Shown in pieces: positions 1 to 12,592 of a DNA stretch of 64,000 nucleotides. How positions within the stretch are numbered: the first letter of the stretch is position 1; every line of letters begins with the position of its first letter. The position numbers and the translations under genes are program-made. The stretch is from Octopus vulgaris (taxonomy: Eukaryota). The notes beneath the pieces were generated by a model. The model worked only from the letters and a program-made list of their open reading frames with translations. It was not told where the DNA came from and did not search any database. The stretch lies in assembly GCA_951406725.2 (NCBI GenBank), contig OX597825.1, positions 15,004,001 through 15,068,000 on the forward strand, read 5' to 3'.

Positions 1-1
1 A

Positions 2-77
<76 letters not shown>

Positions 78-248
78 TGTGTCTGTGTTTGTCCCCCTAG
101 CATTGCTTGACAACCGATGCTGGTGTGTTTACGTCCCCGTCACTTAGTGGTTCGGCAAAAAGAGACCGATAGAATAAGTACTAAAGGCGGTGCTCCAGCA
201 TGGCCGCAGTCAAATGACTGAAACAAGTAAAAGAGTAAAAGAGTAAAA
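1..248 (+). mobile_element. 3' half of tRNA-derived SINE (family D here), with internal (TA)n(TG)n and (AAAAGAGT)n tail
   Basis: 75-248 is the reverse complement of 10500-10720 apart from a short internal deletion; ends in aaaagagt repeats. Confidence 0.85.
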
Positions 249-661
249 GTGTATGTTGAGAATAACCTGACCCAAGATTACTCATTACAATTGTATTAAA
301 CAAAGAGCTGAATTGTCAACACTGGCAGCCTCTAACGTAGTCAACTCCATTAGATTTTATTTTACCATAATTACACGTAAGGAAAAAATATGTAATTTGC
401 GGCCCATATTATTCATACATACCAGGACCTTTGTTCCACTAGCTTATTTTCACGAGATAATTTGGTGTGAAAAGAGAACAATCATATTTATTTGATATCG
501 AAAACATCAAAGTTTATCCGTTTTCCTCTCAAATTCACTTAAAAGTAGATCACTTACATCCGGTTTCAAAGTTACCGAAAATATCTATAACCATCCGGTG
601 TCTTCATTCATAATCTATGATCGGTTGATGCTGAAGTAATGATAAAAAAGTGATTCAATAT

Positions 662-896
662 ATATTTCTTTATTACCCACAAGGGGCTAATCACAGAAGG
701 GACAAACAGGGTCAGACAAAGAGATTAAGTCGATTACATCGATCCCAGTGCGAAACTGGTACTTTATTTATCGATACCGAAAGGATGAATGGCGAAGTCG
801 ACCTCGGCGGAATTTGAAATCAGAACGTAACGACAGACGAAATACTGCTAAGCATTTCATCCGGCGAGCTAACGTGTCTGCCACCTCGGCACCTTA
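662..896 (-). mobile_element. tRNA-derived SINE, family A
   Basis: Near-identical to copies at 5212-5704; minus-strand head aggtgccgaggtggcaga, B-box-like tttcaaattcc, core ccattcatcctttcggtatcgataaataaagtacc. Confidence 0.9.
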
Positions 897-1945
897 AAGC
901 GATTTAATATAGTATGTACCAAAAGATGTGGCTTTACTTTCAATTTGCTTCCATTACAGATCCTACAGAAAGGAAGAACGGGCAAAATAATATATAGAAT
1001 AAGTGACCGAAAAAGTTGGTATTGTTAGGGTATCGGAAAAAACTATGCAGAAGTTTCGAGAATTTGATCTACAGTAAGGAAAAGCAAATGATGGTTTGGA
1101 CCTGGTCGCCCCCCTCCCCCAAGGACAGATTTGAACAATTTCTTTCTGGTATTTATGAATTTGGAGACATTTTCAATGTTGTACGTTCAGTCATAAAATA
1201 TCTTTTTCGTCTTGTCACCAAAGCAAACAAATTTACTCAAACCGACAAATGCAAAACATGATATCAAATATTTAAGTACAATATAAAACTTGTCTGAAAC
1301 AAATTCTCGGCAAGATACAATATAACATAAAATGCAATTACGGAAATAAAAAATAAAAACTTTTTTATCAGGCAGGTACCGAGCTATCTGCAGACAGCAG
1401 ACAAACTAAAATATTTCATATTTCATTTAAAACAATATTTGTCAGTTTATTGTCATTTAAATACGAATATAAATGACGTTTCCACAGGTATTACAATTCT
1501 CAGTGTAATTCTTATTGTGCCATAGCAATCTGCCATTCCGCCATATACGCTACATATGAGACGCAAAAATAAACTTCCTGTAAAGAATAACTAACATCAG
1601 TAGATAAAGTGATACGAACAACAATCATCTGATCAAAAGTTTTCCGAACAAATTTTAGAGTCTATGCTATTAAGAGACTTTTATCTATAGATTTATGGTT
1701 TATCTGTCGAAACCGATAGTCGACGCACTATTTGGTTGAGAATATGAAATTACTTCGCCGTTATGTGTTAAATATTTATACCACAATATGGTACTTGGTG
1801 TTAGCTTTGGTGCTTTGTCGCTTATTTTATAAAAATATGTTGGTGTCATTGTATTTGTTTGATTTCCTTTACACGGTGTCATTGAAGTGTTGAATATAAA
1901 GTATGGAACATTGAGAGTACTCATACGGGCATATAAAATACGACG

Positions 1946-2008
1946 ATATATATATATATATATACATATATCTATATATATATACATGTATATATATATG
2001 TACATGTA

Positions 2009-2054
<46 letters not shown>

Positions 2055-2094
2055 ATATATATATATATACATGTATATATATATATACATATAT

Positions 2095-2154
<60 letters not shown>

Positions 2155-2176
2155 GTATATATATAATATATACATG

Positions 2177-2246
<70 letters not shown>

Positions 2247-2248
2247 AT
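1946..2248. repeat. Interrupted (TA)n microsatellite
   Basis: Seen directly; accounts for the YIYI ORFs at 1700-2326. Confidence 0.97.
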
Positions 2249-2924
2249 GAGGTGTATTTTTCTCTGTGATTGCCTCAGTGTATGTGTGTAGATAAAGCGA
2301 TAAACATATTTTAGATATAAATACATTTAACCACCACACACGCCTACATATATATACGTAGATAGGGGGGGGGTAACAAATAAATAAAAAAAAAGAGGTG
2401 AGATGTGGATGGAAACGAGGTAAGTGAGGTATAGGGGTTAGAGAGAAAATATGAATATACGAAAATTATTTCAGCTGGACAGACAATGCACGCGAGAGAG
2501 CATAGAGACACAGATGCAGACATGTATGAAAGTTGTCAGGGTAGCAAACAAGTTAATGTATGCAGAATTCTTAACTCATGAATGTTTTATTCGAACGATC
2601 AGCAATCCCATTCCAGTGACGTCTGATGTGTTGAACCACAATATGACCCAGACATTATATTGTAATATAATATTTAATAGTCATATTGTCAGCAAATTGT
2701 CTGTAATGTATTGTTAAAAAGTTGTATCGGAACCGACTAATCTCTGTTTCGATTCTTCTGTGTGGTAGCCTTGAAAATGGTCTTCTTTGTCTCGTCTGCT
2801 TGACTAATGCAGATGGAAACGGTGTGAATATTGACCACTGTCTGCGTGTGAATATACATATGTACATGCATACACACACATATATATAGATAGATATGTG
2901 TGCGTGCATACCTATATGCATAGC

Positions 2925-3184
2925 ACCGTGACCGACCAGGCTATCAGATGCTGTTACACATCGCTGGTCACACTGCGCTTCGGATTGTTTTTAGCCTTCA
3001 AAAGAGTGAGAGAAAGTTGTGGCGAAAGAGTACAGCAGGGATCACCACCACCTACTGCTAGAGCCCTATGGAGCTTTAGGTGTTTTCGCTCAATAAACAC
3101 TCACAACACCCTGTCTGGGAATCGAAACCACAATCCTACGACCGTAGGACGGCTGCCCTAACCATTGGGTCATTGCGCCTCCCC
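2925..3184 (-). mobile_element. tRNA-derived SINE, family B, internally deleted
   Basis: Matches 4025-4335 but lacks about 45 bp after tagccttcaa. Confidence 0.9.
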
Positions 3185-4024
3185 GTATATTTATATACAC
3201 ATATCTAAATATATATCACTGTTCAATGTTATCTCTACAAATTCTCAATAGGAATTAGAGCCAGCACTGAAAATTAGGACGTGTCCTCTATGAGTACATC
3301 TGTATGAACCATAATATAGATAGAGGTCTAGTCACTGAGTATGTATGCCTATACGAGGATTTGCTACTCCTTCTCAGCACCACATACAACCCATTAACCC
3401 GTCAATGAACACAGTATTCACTTCAAAAGCCTTTAGTAAACTTGGTATTATGGCTGATTAACGAAATATGGTGTTCCTACAAGCTATTGATAAAGTCATA
3501 TATGTATATGCATACAGTTATGTATATATATATATACATATGTGTGTTTGTGTGAGTGTGTACACGAGTGCAGGAATATATATATGCGTATGTATGTGTT
3601 TTTGTGAGTGTGTATTCGGGGTGCTCACACCTGCGTTTGTCTATTTGGCAAATGCTTATCAGCGGGTAGGCCAGAGACCAGATGGCATTCATCGAAAGAA
3701 TTTCAATTCAATATTTCTCCTTTACCGAATTCACATACACATATACCTGTTATATTGCCGCCGGAGCTGGTATGAACAAGTCATTATGGAAAATTGTACT
3801 TACCGACATTAATATTTATCAATTTGATTATGAAATAAATATAACATATAATCTGATTCAGTTAACCTTTTCTCCGTAGATTGCCGAGATACGTTTAAAA
3901 TTAAATCTAATGCAAAAAGGCCGTTTGCAGTTAATCAGAAAACTCACATTTACAAACAACGGTTATTTTACGAAGTAGTGCTTCAAATTATAAATAACAA
4001 TATATATTTCTAATACGTATATAT

Positions 4025-4335
4025 CACCGTGATCACCGTGACCGACCAGGCCATCAGATGTTGTTACACATCGCTGGTCACAATGCGCTTCGCATTGTTT
4101 TAGCCTTCAAGTGATGCCACCCCGCTGGCTAAGCGAGCAGGCCAACAGAAGAAAGAGTGAGAGAAATTTGTGGTGAAAGAGTACAGCAGGGATCGCCACC
4201 ACCCCCTGCCGGAGCTTCGTGGAGCTTTAGGTGTTTTCGCTCAATAAACACTCACAACGCCCGGTCTGGGAATCGAAACCACGATCCTACGACCGCGAGT
4301 CCGCTGCCCTAACCACTAGGCCATTGCGCCTCCAC
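4025..4335 (-). mobile_element. Full-length tRNA-derived SINE, family B, with target-site duplication
   Basis: Minus head ggaggcgcaatggcctagtggttagggc (A box) and gtttcgattccc (B box); aatacgtatatat flanks both ends. Confidence 0.92.
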
Positions 4336-4972
4336 AATACGTATATATATTTCTTATAAATAACAATATAATGCATATTTAACCATTAATACGAACAGGA
4401 TTGATTTCATAATTGCAGTTGTTACTTATGCAGGGTCGTAATGTTTATCTTGGCTATGATCCGGACTTTTTGTCCATGTTGCACGATTTTCCGAGTTAGA
4501 CCGTACTTACCGTGCTCTATTCATTCAGAATCCAGTTTGGTTGACAGCTCGTGTTGATTGACTATATGTCACATGGACACGGCTCATAGAGAACTATCTC
4601 GCGGAGATGGCGACTAACTAGGAGTTTGCTCGACTTGTTTCTCGGGAGAACTCGGAAAGATACTCACAAATGTTGAATGCAGCGCGGTATGTGCATCTGA
4701 CCCACACCTAACACGATGGCTATAAATATACTCCTGTACTCAAATCTCAGTTATGCATAGGAGTTTCAATTCCATGAGGACTGCATCCTATAGCACTTCT
4801 TTATGTAGGCAGCACAAAACATAAGGTAGCAGAAATACAGTATGCCGCGTTCCACATTATTCCTTCGATCTGTACGCCGGCGTAGCCATGCAGAACCATT
4901 GATTCCTTATTACTCTTTGAACTTCTACATAAATATTAACCCTGCGCGCGTAAGCGAAGCAGAGTTATTGTA

Positions 4973-5704
4973 CTTTTCTACTGTAGGCACTAGGCCCGAA
5001 ATTTGGGGGAGGGGGAGAAGAGTCAATTAGATTGGCCTCAGTACGCAACTGGTACTTACTTTATCGACCCCGAAAGGATGAAAGGCATAGTCGACCTCGG
5101 CGGAATTTGAACTCAGAACGTAAAGACAGGTGAAATACAGCTAAGCATTTCGTCCGGCGTACTAACGTTTCTGCCAGCAGCCGCCTTCAAAACGTAACGG
5201 CAGACGAAATACATATTTCTTTACTACCCACAAGGGGCTAAACACAGAGAGGACAAACAAGGACAGACAAACGGATTGAGTCGATTACATCGACCCCAGT
5301 GCGTAACTGGTACTTAATTTATCGACCCCGAAAGGATGAAAGGCATAGTCGACTTCGGCGGAATTTGAACTGAGAACGTAACGGCAGACGAAATACGGCT
5401 ACGCATTTCGCCCGGCGTGCTAACGATTCTGCCTGCAGCCGCCTTCAATGCGTAACGGCAGACGAAATACATATTTCTTTACTACCCACAAGGGGCTAAA
5501 CACAGAGAGGACAAACAAGGACAGACAAACGGATTGAGTCGATTACATCGACCCCAGTGCGTAACTGGTACTTAATTTATCGACCCCGAAAGGATGAAAG
5601 GCATAGTCGACTTCGGCGGAATTTGAAATCAGAACGTAACGGCAGACGAAATACGGCTACGCATTTCGTCCGGCGTGCTAACGTTTCTGCCAGCTCGCCG
5701 CCTT
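4973..5704 (-). mobile_element. Head-to-tail trimer of family A SINE (period about 258 bp)
   Basis: Heads (gccttc/gcctta) end near 5188, 5446 and 5704; units 2 and 3 are nearly identical. Confidence 0.93.
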
Positions 5705-6454
5705 ATTATCAATCTACTGATTATGCAGTTTCATGTTCTCCAGTTGCCATACAGACAGTCACATCTGAAGTGGCTAAAAATGTAATTGAGTTGCCAAGTA
5801 CTTGATTGTTATTTTAAATTTTAATTCCAAAGATTACAAGCATTTCTTTTCTGAATGGTCTTCTATTAAATACAATATATATTCTGATGCTGCTATTGAG
5901 AATGTCATGAGGAACAAAACAAACTGATCTAAAAAGAAAACTAAGCGTTAAGCCGCTTAACAATACTCTACAAGTGCTAAGCTGATTCTATTCTGTGCAA
6001 CTTGATTCGTTGTGTTGGGAGATTGATATAATGCGAAATGAGATTTAGCTTCTTCAGTTTACATATGTGTTTCGGCAAAATGATAAACCAACATATACAA
6101 TCTTCTATAGTTTACTTGTTAAAATTATTGAACTACGGTCACGCTAGAGCAGAGCATTGATGAGTTCTAGTCGAAATAATTGATAACAGCACATGCACTT
6201 TGGGATTTAGAGAGAGAGGGCGAGAGAAGGAGAGAGCGAGTTTAGCAGAGTTGCCATCCGTCAAATTTATTTAAAATGCATTATCAGCCCAGGTTTATAA
6301 TAGAATATATTCACCCAAGTTGCATTTTGGTTGCAAATGGAACTTGTTAATTTTAAATCTATGTCAAAAGAAACACAATTCCATCATTACTTCTTTGATT
6401 CGGTTTCATGACAAATGAAATACCGTTTTACTGCTCAAAAATGGGACTCTTAAA

Positions 6455-7541
6455 TACGAGGTCTGGCTGGAAAGTCCATAGGCTGACTATGAATGAGTGA
6501 CACAAGAGTTTGAGATTAATTTATACTCTCCTTATTAATAACTCCTGTGTTTCTTTCCAGGTAAAGCGATATCTGAAAGTTGAAAGAAGGCTTCAAATTG
6601 ACTACGTAGCGACTTCTTCTCTTGAAAATGGACAAAGTTTGTCATAATGGTGTAATCAATTACCTACAGAAAAAAGAGTTTAGTCAAAATGACATTCATG
6701 CGGTCATGGCAGCTATATTAGATGATAAACTCGGTTTATCAAAAGAAGAAAAATGGGTAGCTGGATTTTTGTGGCAAGTGGTGAGTAATAAAGATGACCA
6801 TAGGTTTGGACGTTCTCCAATGGCGACTAGTGAAGAAAACATTGACCGTGTTCATCAAATAGTCGGCAGTAACTGGTGATTGACAACAAATCACGTAGCC
6901 AATGCCATTGGCATATCCCGCGAGAGATGTGATAATATTCTATACAATGAACTTAGCATGACGGAGATTTCTGCTCGGTGTGTGAACATCCAACACCTGA
7001 TCACTAGCGCGCCAAGCTATCTGTCCCGCGGGAAAATCTATTCTTTGAGGCTGATCCAGCTGATTTCCTAGAACGTTGTCTGACCCCGAAGGAATGTTGG
7101 GTCTTCGCCGGAGACGAAGAGAAAGCCATGCTTTCGAAAAAAACTCTCCTAGCCCTGTTCCAAAATCACAAGGTCGTTTCATATGCAGGAGGGTTGTTGG
7201 CCTCAATATATTGGGATGAAAAAGGCTTTGCATTTATTGACTATCTTCCAAAGGGCCACACCATCAACGCCAACTTTCTGAGGCTATCATGGCTACTTGC
7301 CCAGGTAAACTGACAAGTCCTTCTTTCATGAGGTCAATGTCCTCGCAAACAGGTCTTTGGTTTCAGAGGCCGTTATGCATGGCCGTCGCTTTGAACTGTT
7401 TAATCGCCGTCCCTATTCTCCTGCAACGCCGATGAAAGAAGTGTGTGGACTCCAAGGTTTGTGTTGAAAAGGAAACCTAATTTGATTACTTCCCCTGAGA
7501 TTATCTTGGTAAGCCTATGAACTTTTCGGCCGACCCTTGTA
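6455..7541 (+). mobile_element. Decayed mariner DNA transposon with transposase pseudogene
   Basis: TA-flanked imperfect TIRs tacgaggtctggctggaaagtccataggctgac / gtaagcctatgaacttttcggccgacccttgta; broken ORFs with DDHRFGRSP..EENIDRV, ISARCV (WVP position) and YWDEKGFAFIDYLPKGHTINA. Confidence 0.9.
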
Positions 7542-8161
7542 GTTCAAATTATCTTGGAGCGATCAGATACTTAGATGAGATGCGTGTAAGCTGGAAATCA
7601 CAGGGAAACATCTACTACAAATATCCTTAAGTGTAGAAAATAAATTTCATTATGCTTTTTTTTTATTTTGTACGCAATTTCACATTCTATATCTTTGATT
7701 TAATGATTTAATGATTTAATTCTCCTTCAAAATTTTATAGGTTAAAAATACTAAACTGAATCCTAACATATTCCCCATGTACACAAATATTTTATAACTC
7801 ATTTTCCAGAGTATACATGATACATTAGATTTTATACCGGCAATTTTCTGATTTTTTTATTCGATATATGAAATAAATATGTTTTATCGTTTCATCATGA
7901 ATCCGTAAACAGTTAGCAAAATACAGAAGCAACAATATTTACACGATTCGCACTAAAAATATCAAATGCGTCACTCAGAAATATTGTGTAACATAATCAC
8001 AATGCTTTTGAATATTGATTTCCGAACAGAAATCTACAATATCAACCGAAAGAACCTGCTAAAGAAGTTGTTGTCAACCGGGGACCGTATGTCATTGGGG
8101 GCTCCGTGTAAGATTTCGGTGTTAAAGTTTATGTGCAGTAAACGGGTTATACTTCTACAAT

Positions 8162-8490
8162 GAAGGCGTGTGGCTTAATGGTTAGGTAGGTGCATTTGGC
8201 TCGCGTCGTATGGATGTGAGTTCCATTCCCGACGACGCGCTGAGTCCTTGAGAATGTCATTTTATTTTACGTTGCACCGGTTCATTCAGCTGGCAAAAAT
8301 GGCTAGTATCTGAATTTCGAAGGGCCAGCTACTCACACTCCGTGTCACGCCGAATCTCCCTGAGAATTACGTTACGGGGTACAGGTGTTTCTGGAGCCCT
8401 CAACCACATACACGTTGATTTCACGAGCAGGTTGTTCCGTTGACTGAATCAACTGGAACGCTCGTCGTCGTAACCGATGGAACGTCAGTT
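8162..8490 (+). mobile_element. tRNA-derived SINE, family C
   Basis: Head gaaggcgtgtggcttaatggttagg and gtgagttccattccc; related to 23051 and 30440 copies. Confidence 0.8.
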
Positions 8491-8872
8491 AATTCTACGA
8501 TACATGAAATATTTCAACAATTTCTTATACAACTCCTAATAATATTGAAATAAAAATAAATAATAGGACTTTTTTAGACATTGAATCGACATGAGGCCCC
8601 AATAGATTAAAGTAAGAATCAAATAGGTCCATAGGAAAAACATATAGGAACACTACGCAAATATATATATACATTTTATAAGGAAGGATTTCAACATATA
8701 TTCAGTAGAAGGCACACAAGATAGCAATGAAATTGAAATAATAATGTTAGTCCCTATCGTATATTAGTTAATAATAACAAAGGGTAAAATTAATTAATTA
8801 AGGAGTAATCAATAATTTCACCAAGTAGAATTGGGCATGAAAAAAGACCATTTCACGGTAAACTTAAGTAAC

Positions 8873-9142
8873 ACTTTATAATTAGGGTTCAGCAAAGATT
8901 TGCTTTACCACATACCGAAGTTTGGAAATAGCAATCAAAAACCTTAGCTATTTCTTCTACTTTAAAAAGGGACTCCCAGAAAAACCAAAATACCAAAATA
9001 CTTGAAAACATTGTTATCAAGTATTTTAGTTTTTCTGGGAGTCCCTTTTTAAAGTAAAAGAAATAGCTAAGATTTTTTGACTGCTATTTCTAAACTTCGG
9101 TATGTGGTAAAGCAAATATTTGCTGAACCCTAATTATAAAGT
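8873..9142. repeat. About 270-bp near-perfect palindrome inside a direct-repeat-flanked insertion
   Basis: actttataattagggttcagcaaa...cttgaaaaca t tgttatcaag...tttgctgaaccctaattataaagt; gtatattagttaata at 8759-8773 and 9141-9155. Confidence 0.95.
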
Positions 9143-9673
9143 ATATTAGTTAATAGATAATATATATTATTATTATATATTATTATTATATATTAATTAG
9201 ATAATAATATTAGTCCCTATACATAAAAGTCAACTGAAAAAAGTAACATTTCCCTCAAAGAAGGGCGCATTGGATTCTGCATTATTGGACAGACACGACC
9301 AATGTAGTAAGGTGGCTTCGGTCAGAAACATTTTTATCGTATGTCTTCTTCACCAACTCCCACTTCCGATAAAACAACGAATGATAATGATCCCCTTTTG
9401 ACAAGAACATAGATGATTGATTTACCGTACGAAATATCATTGACAATAACGTTTGCATCTCTCACAAATGCCTTCACCCGCTGTCTTTGTTTAATATTTT
9501 CTAACATATTTGACACACATTATGAGCAATGTTCCGTTCAGCGTGATTTCATCTATTAATATGTATAAAGGTCGACTTCGACAACTGCCTTGGAATTCGA
9601 TAAATTTACATATCAATTTCCTAAAGCAAACACCTATTGAGACTTCGTAAATTCCAGCAAAAGTAGAATTCAT

Positions 9674-9677
9674 ATAA

Positions 9678-9728
<51 letters not shown>

Positions 9729-9851
9729 TAATAATAATAATAATAATGATAATAATAATAATAGTAATAATAATAATAATAATACTTATTATTATTATTA
9801 TAATTATTATGATTATTATTATTATTATTATTGTTGTTGTTGTTGCTGCTG

Positions 9852-9937
<86 letters not shown>

Positions 9938-9950
9938 GTTATTATTATTT
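9674..9950. repeat. (TAA)n followed by (TTA)n microsatellite; orientation flips near 9785
   Basis: Seen directly; source of the poly-N/Y/I ORFs. Confidence 0.95.
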
Positions 9951-11800
9951 TCATTAACATCTTCTTTCAGTTCTGTTTCCATCCCTCGCCGAGTGTCTTC
10001 CTGACACCTAAGACATAGAAACGTACTGTTTACATTGGTAGGCCATTAAAACAAAGGCCCGAGATTGTCCAATTACTAAGTCATGTGATTGAGAAAAGGG
10101 CGAAGACAGAGAGAAAAAGGAAAAAAATATAATATAGAAAAGCAAACGAATAAAATAAAGGGAGAAAGGAAAGAAAATTCACAGCGACAATGCTCTTCTG
10201 AATATGTGTGGCGTACTAGTTAAGAAAATCTTTTGCACTTCCTGCATAGATGGTAAGCCAGAGATCATTTTAAAATAATTTTCAATTCCTTTTATCATTT
10301 CAAGTGCTCCTATAATCACTGGTATTGTACACGTCTTGAGATGCCACATCTTTTCGATTTCGAATAGCAAATCTTTGTATTTTCTGAGCTTATCTGAGCT
10401 TATGAAATTCTTGTGCCGAGATAGTATGGTTACAGGGTACGCTAATGTCAAACAAGAAACCGACTTTACTGTTTTCGTCTTTCACGACAAAATCCGGTTT
10501 ACTCTTACTCTTTTACTCTTTTACTTGTTTCAGTCATTTGACTGCGGCCATGCTGGAGCACCGCCTTTAGTCGAGCAAATCGACCCCGGGACTTCTTCTT
10601 TGTCAGGCCAGTACTTATTCTATCGGTCTCTTTTGCCGAACCGCTAAGTGACGGGGACGTAAACACACCAGCATCGGTTGTCAAGCAATGCTAGGGGGAC
10701 AAACACAGACACACAAACACACAGACATATATATATACATATATACGACAGGCTTCTTTCAGTTTCCGTCTACCAAATCCACTCACAAGGCATTGGTCGG
10801 CCCGGGGCTATAGCAGAAGACACTTGCCCAAGTTGCCACGCAGTGGGACTGAACCCGGAACCATGTGGTTGGTTAGCAAGCTACTTACCACACAGCCACT
10901 CCTGCGCCTATATGTTTGTTTATTTTGATGGGAGATCTGTACATTCTGGGTAGTCCCAAACAACAGTTACATTCTCTCCCTTAGTTACGGCCTCAGGGTG
11001 GTGCTTGTACCATTTGTCAGCAGTTTTCATTTTATAATGCCGACACATTATCCAGTGTAGATATTGACCAACTCACTCATGTCTTTCTTTGTATTCTACA
11101 GGTGTTAAAATCTTAGATTAGACTATTTCTATCTAATCGCTGCAGTATCGGCACTTTGGGTCTACACCAGTTTTCATCGCATTGGTTTGATAGTTCCTGC
11201 TCAATAAGCTCTGATCTTAGGCAGCCAAGATAAAGCCTTCACTCTCTGCCTTTAGTTCTGATCTCCATAGTCACTAATGAGTGTGCTTCTGGTCTAGATC
11301 AGATTGTTTGGTACGGGCCACATATTTGATATGAAGAGGTGGTTTTTGTTCCCACCTATTGGCCAAATGTTCAAGCGCATTTTCCTTTACTATTGATTTC
11401 ACCTTCTTTGCAACTACAGTTGCTACGCTTCCCTCATGCTGTTCGACCTGGGTATTATGCATAAACTCACTTCAAAAAATTTTGCCCTCCTTCATATCAG
11501 ATTGAAGCTTCTTACGCCTTTCATGGTTTTCAACGAGGTTTAGTATCCAGTCGTTAGATGTTTCAAGATAGTTTGTCAGTTCAATTGTGGTAGTTTTTAG
11601 GAGATTTCAAATTAGATCACACCTAGATCTCCTTGAGCTGTGGTAGTTAAAGACGATCTGTGTCTGCCTTTGGGTGGTGCATCATATTGCAAGTCAGCAG
11701 CTTACGGGTTTTTCTGTCAATCTTCTTTATTTTGCTCATATTTTAGTTCAACACATGGAAACTGTAAATAACAACCGGATCTGCTAAGGAAATTTGGTAC
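9951..11800 (-). mobile_element. 5'-truncated, decayed R4/Dong-like non-LTR retrotransposon (RT thumb, zinc knuckle, restriction-like endonuclease)
   Basis: Minus-strand peptides IDRKTRKLLTCNMMHHPKADTDRL, GFILAA*DQSLLSRNY..DPKCRYC, PEAVTKGENVTVVWDYP and KYKDLLFEIEKMWHLKTCTIPVIIGAL..EVQKIFLTSTPHIFRRALSL*; the 3' UTR runs into (TAA)n. Confidence 0.82.
10500..10910 (-). mobile_element. Full-length family D SINE inserted into the LINE ORF
   Basis: Minus head taggcgcaggagtggctgtgtggtaagtagcttgc..ggttccgggttcagtccc and aaaagagt tail; LINE peptide resumes on both sides. Confidence 0.92.
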
Positions 11801-12189
11801 CCTATCATTATCAGGATATTTCCACATATGATCATTTGTGGGTGTTATTCTTTGGTCTGCTATTGTGAAGCAGCAGTCTTCTCATCCTTATCATACTCTA
11901 CCGTTACACGCATTTTCTAATCGGACGAAACCGTGCTTCCCATTTGATGATCACCAGTAGTCGAGGGTGAGAACCATTTTCCCTTGTTCAGCTAAGCTTG
12001 GCGTATGTTCATACTTTGTATGGAAGACGTTCCTCATATCATTTGCTGATCAAACTAAACGCTTCTTTTTTACCTTACATTCATACGTTCAGATTAATGT
12101 TTCCAAATTTTACCTCTGATATTGATCGTCAAAAATTTCCTAAAATCTTCAGGGTAATTAGATCTTTAGAGTACGGACTTTCTTTATTG

Positions 12190-12477
12190 TACTACTACTA
12201 CTACTACTAATACTAATACTACTACTAATACTAATACTACTACTACTACTAATGCTGCTGCTGCTGTTTTTGTTGTTAATCAACAAGAAGGGAAAGGGTG
12301 ATTAGGTGATGGTCCAGGGCTTAGGGGTGGGAGACCCCAGACCTTGGAAAAAAAACCTTTGGTCGTCTTGTTGTAGTCGAGGGTTTTTCGTTGACACCCT
12401 ACACCACTGGGAGGTGGCCCTCGAAGTCGCTGGAAATGGAGATCTCCAGGTCCAAAGTCTTCAACGGCTGCCGTTAA

Positions 12478-12538
<61 letters not shown>

Positions 12539-12592
12539 ACTGCTACTGTTACTACTAGTGTTACTGCTACTGCTGCTGCTGCTGCTGCTACT
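12190..12592. repeat. (TAC)n/(TGC)n tracts flanking a GC-richer insert at 12285-12477
   Basis: Seen directly. Confidence 0.85.

Noticed and set aside
1700-2326. Long YI-rich ORFs here and at 17189-18014, 32660-33004, 40819-41177 and 48793-51634
   Set aside because: Translations of (TA)n, (TG)n and (GATA)n microsatellites
4420-4713. Possible solo LTR (TG..CA, GC-richer)
   Set aside because: No TSD and no second copy in the window
9491-10018. Poly-N/Y/I ORFs, and similar ones at 12306-12796 and 56888-57558
   Set aside because: Trinucleotide microsatellites
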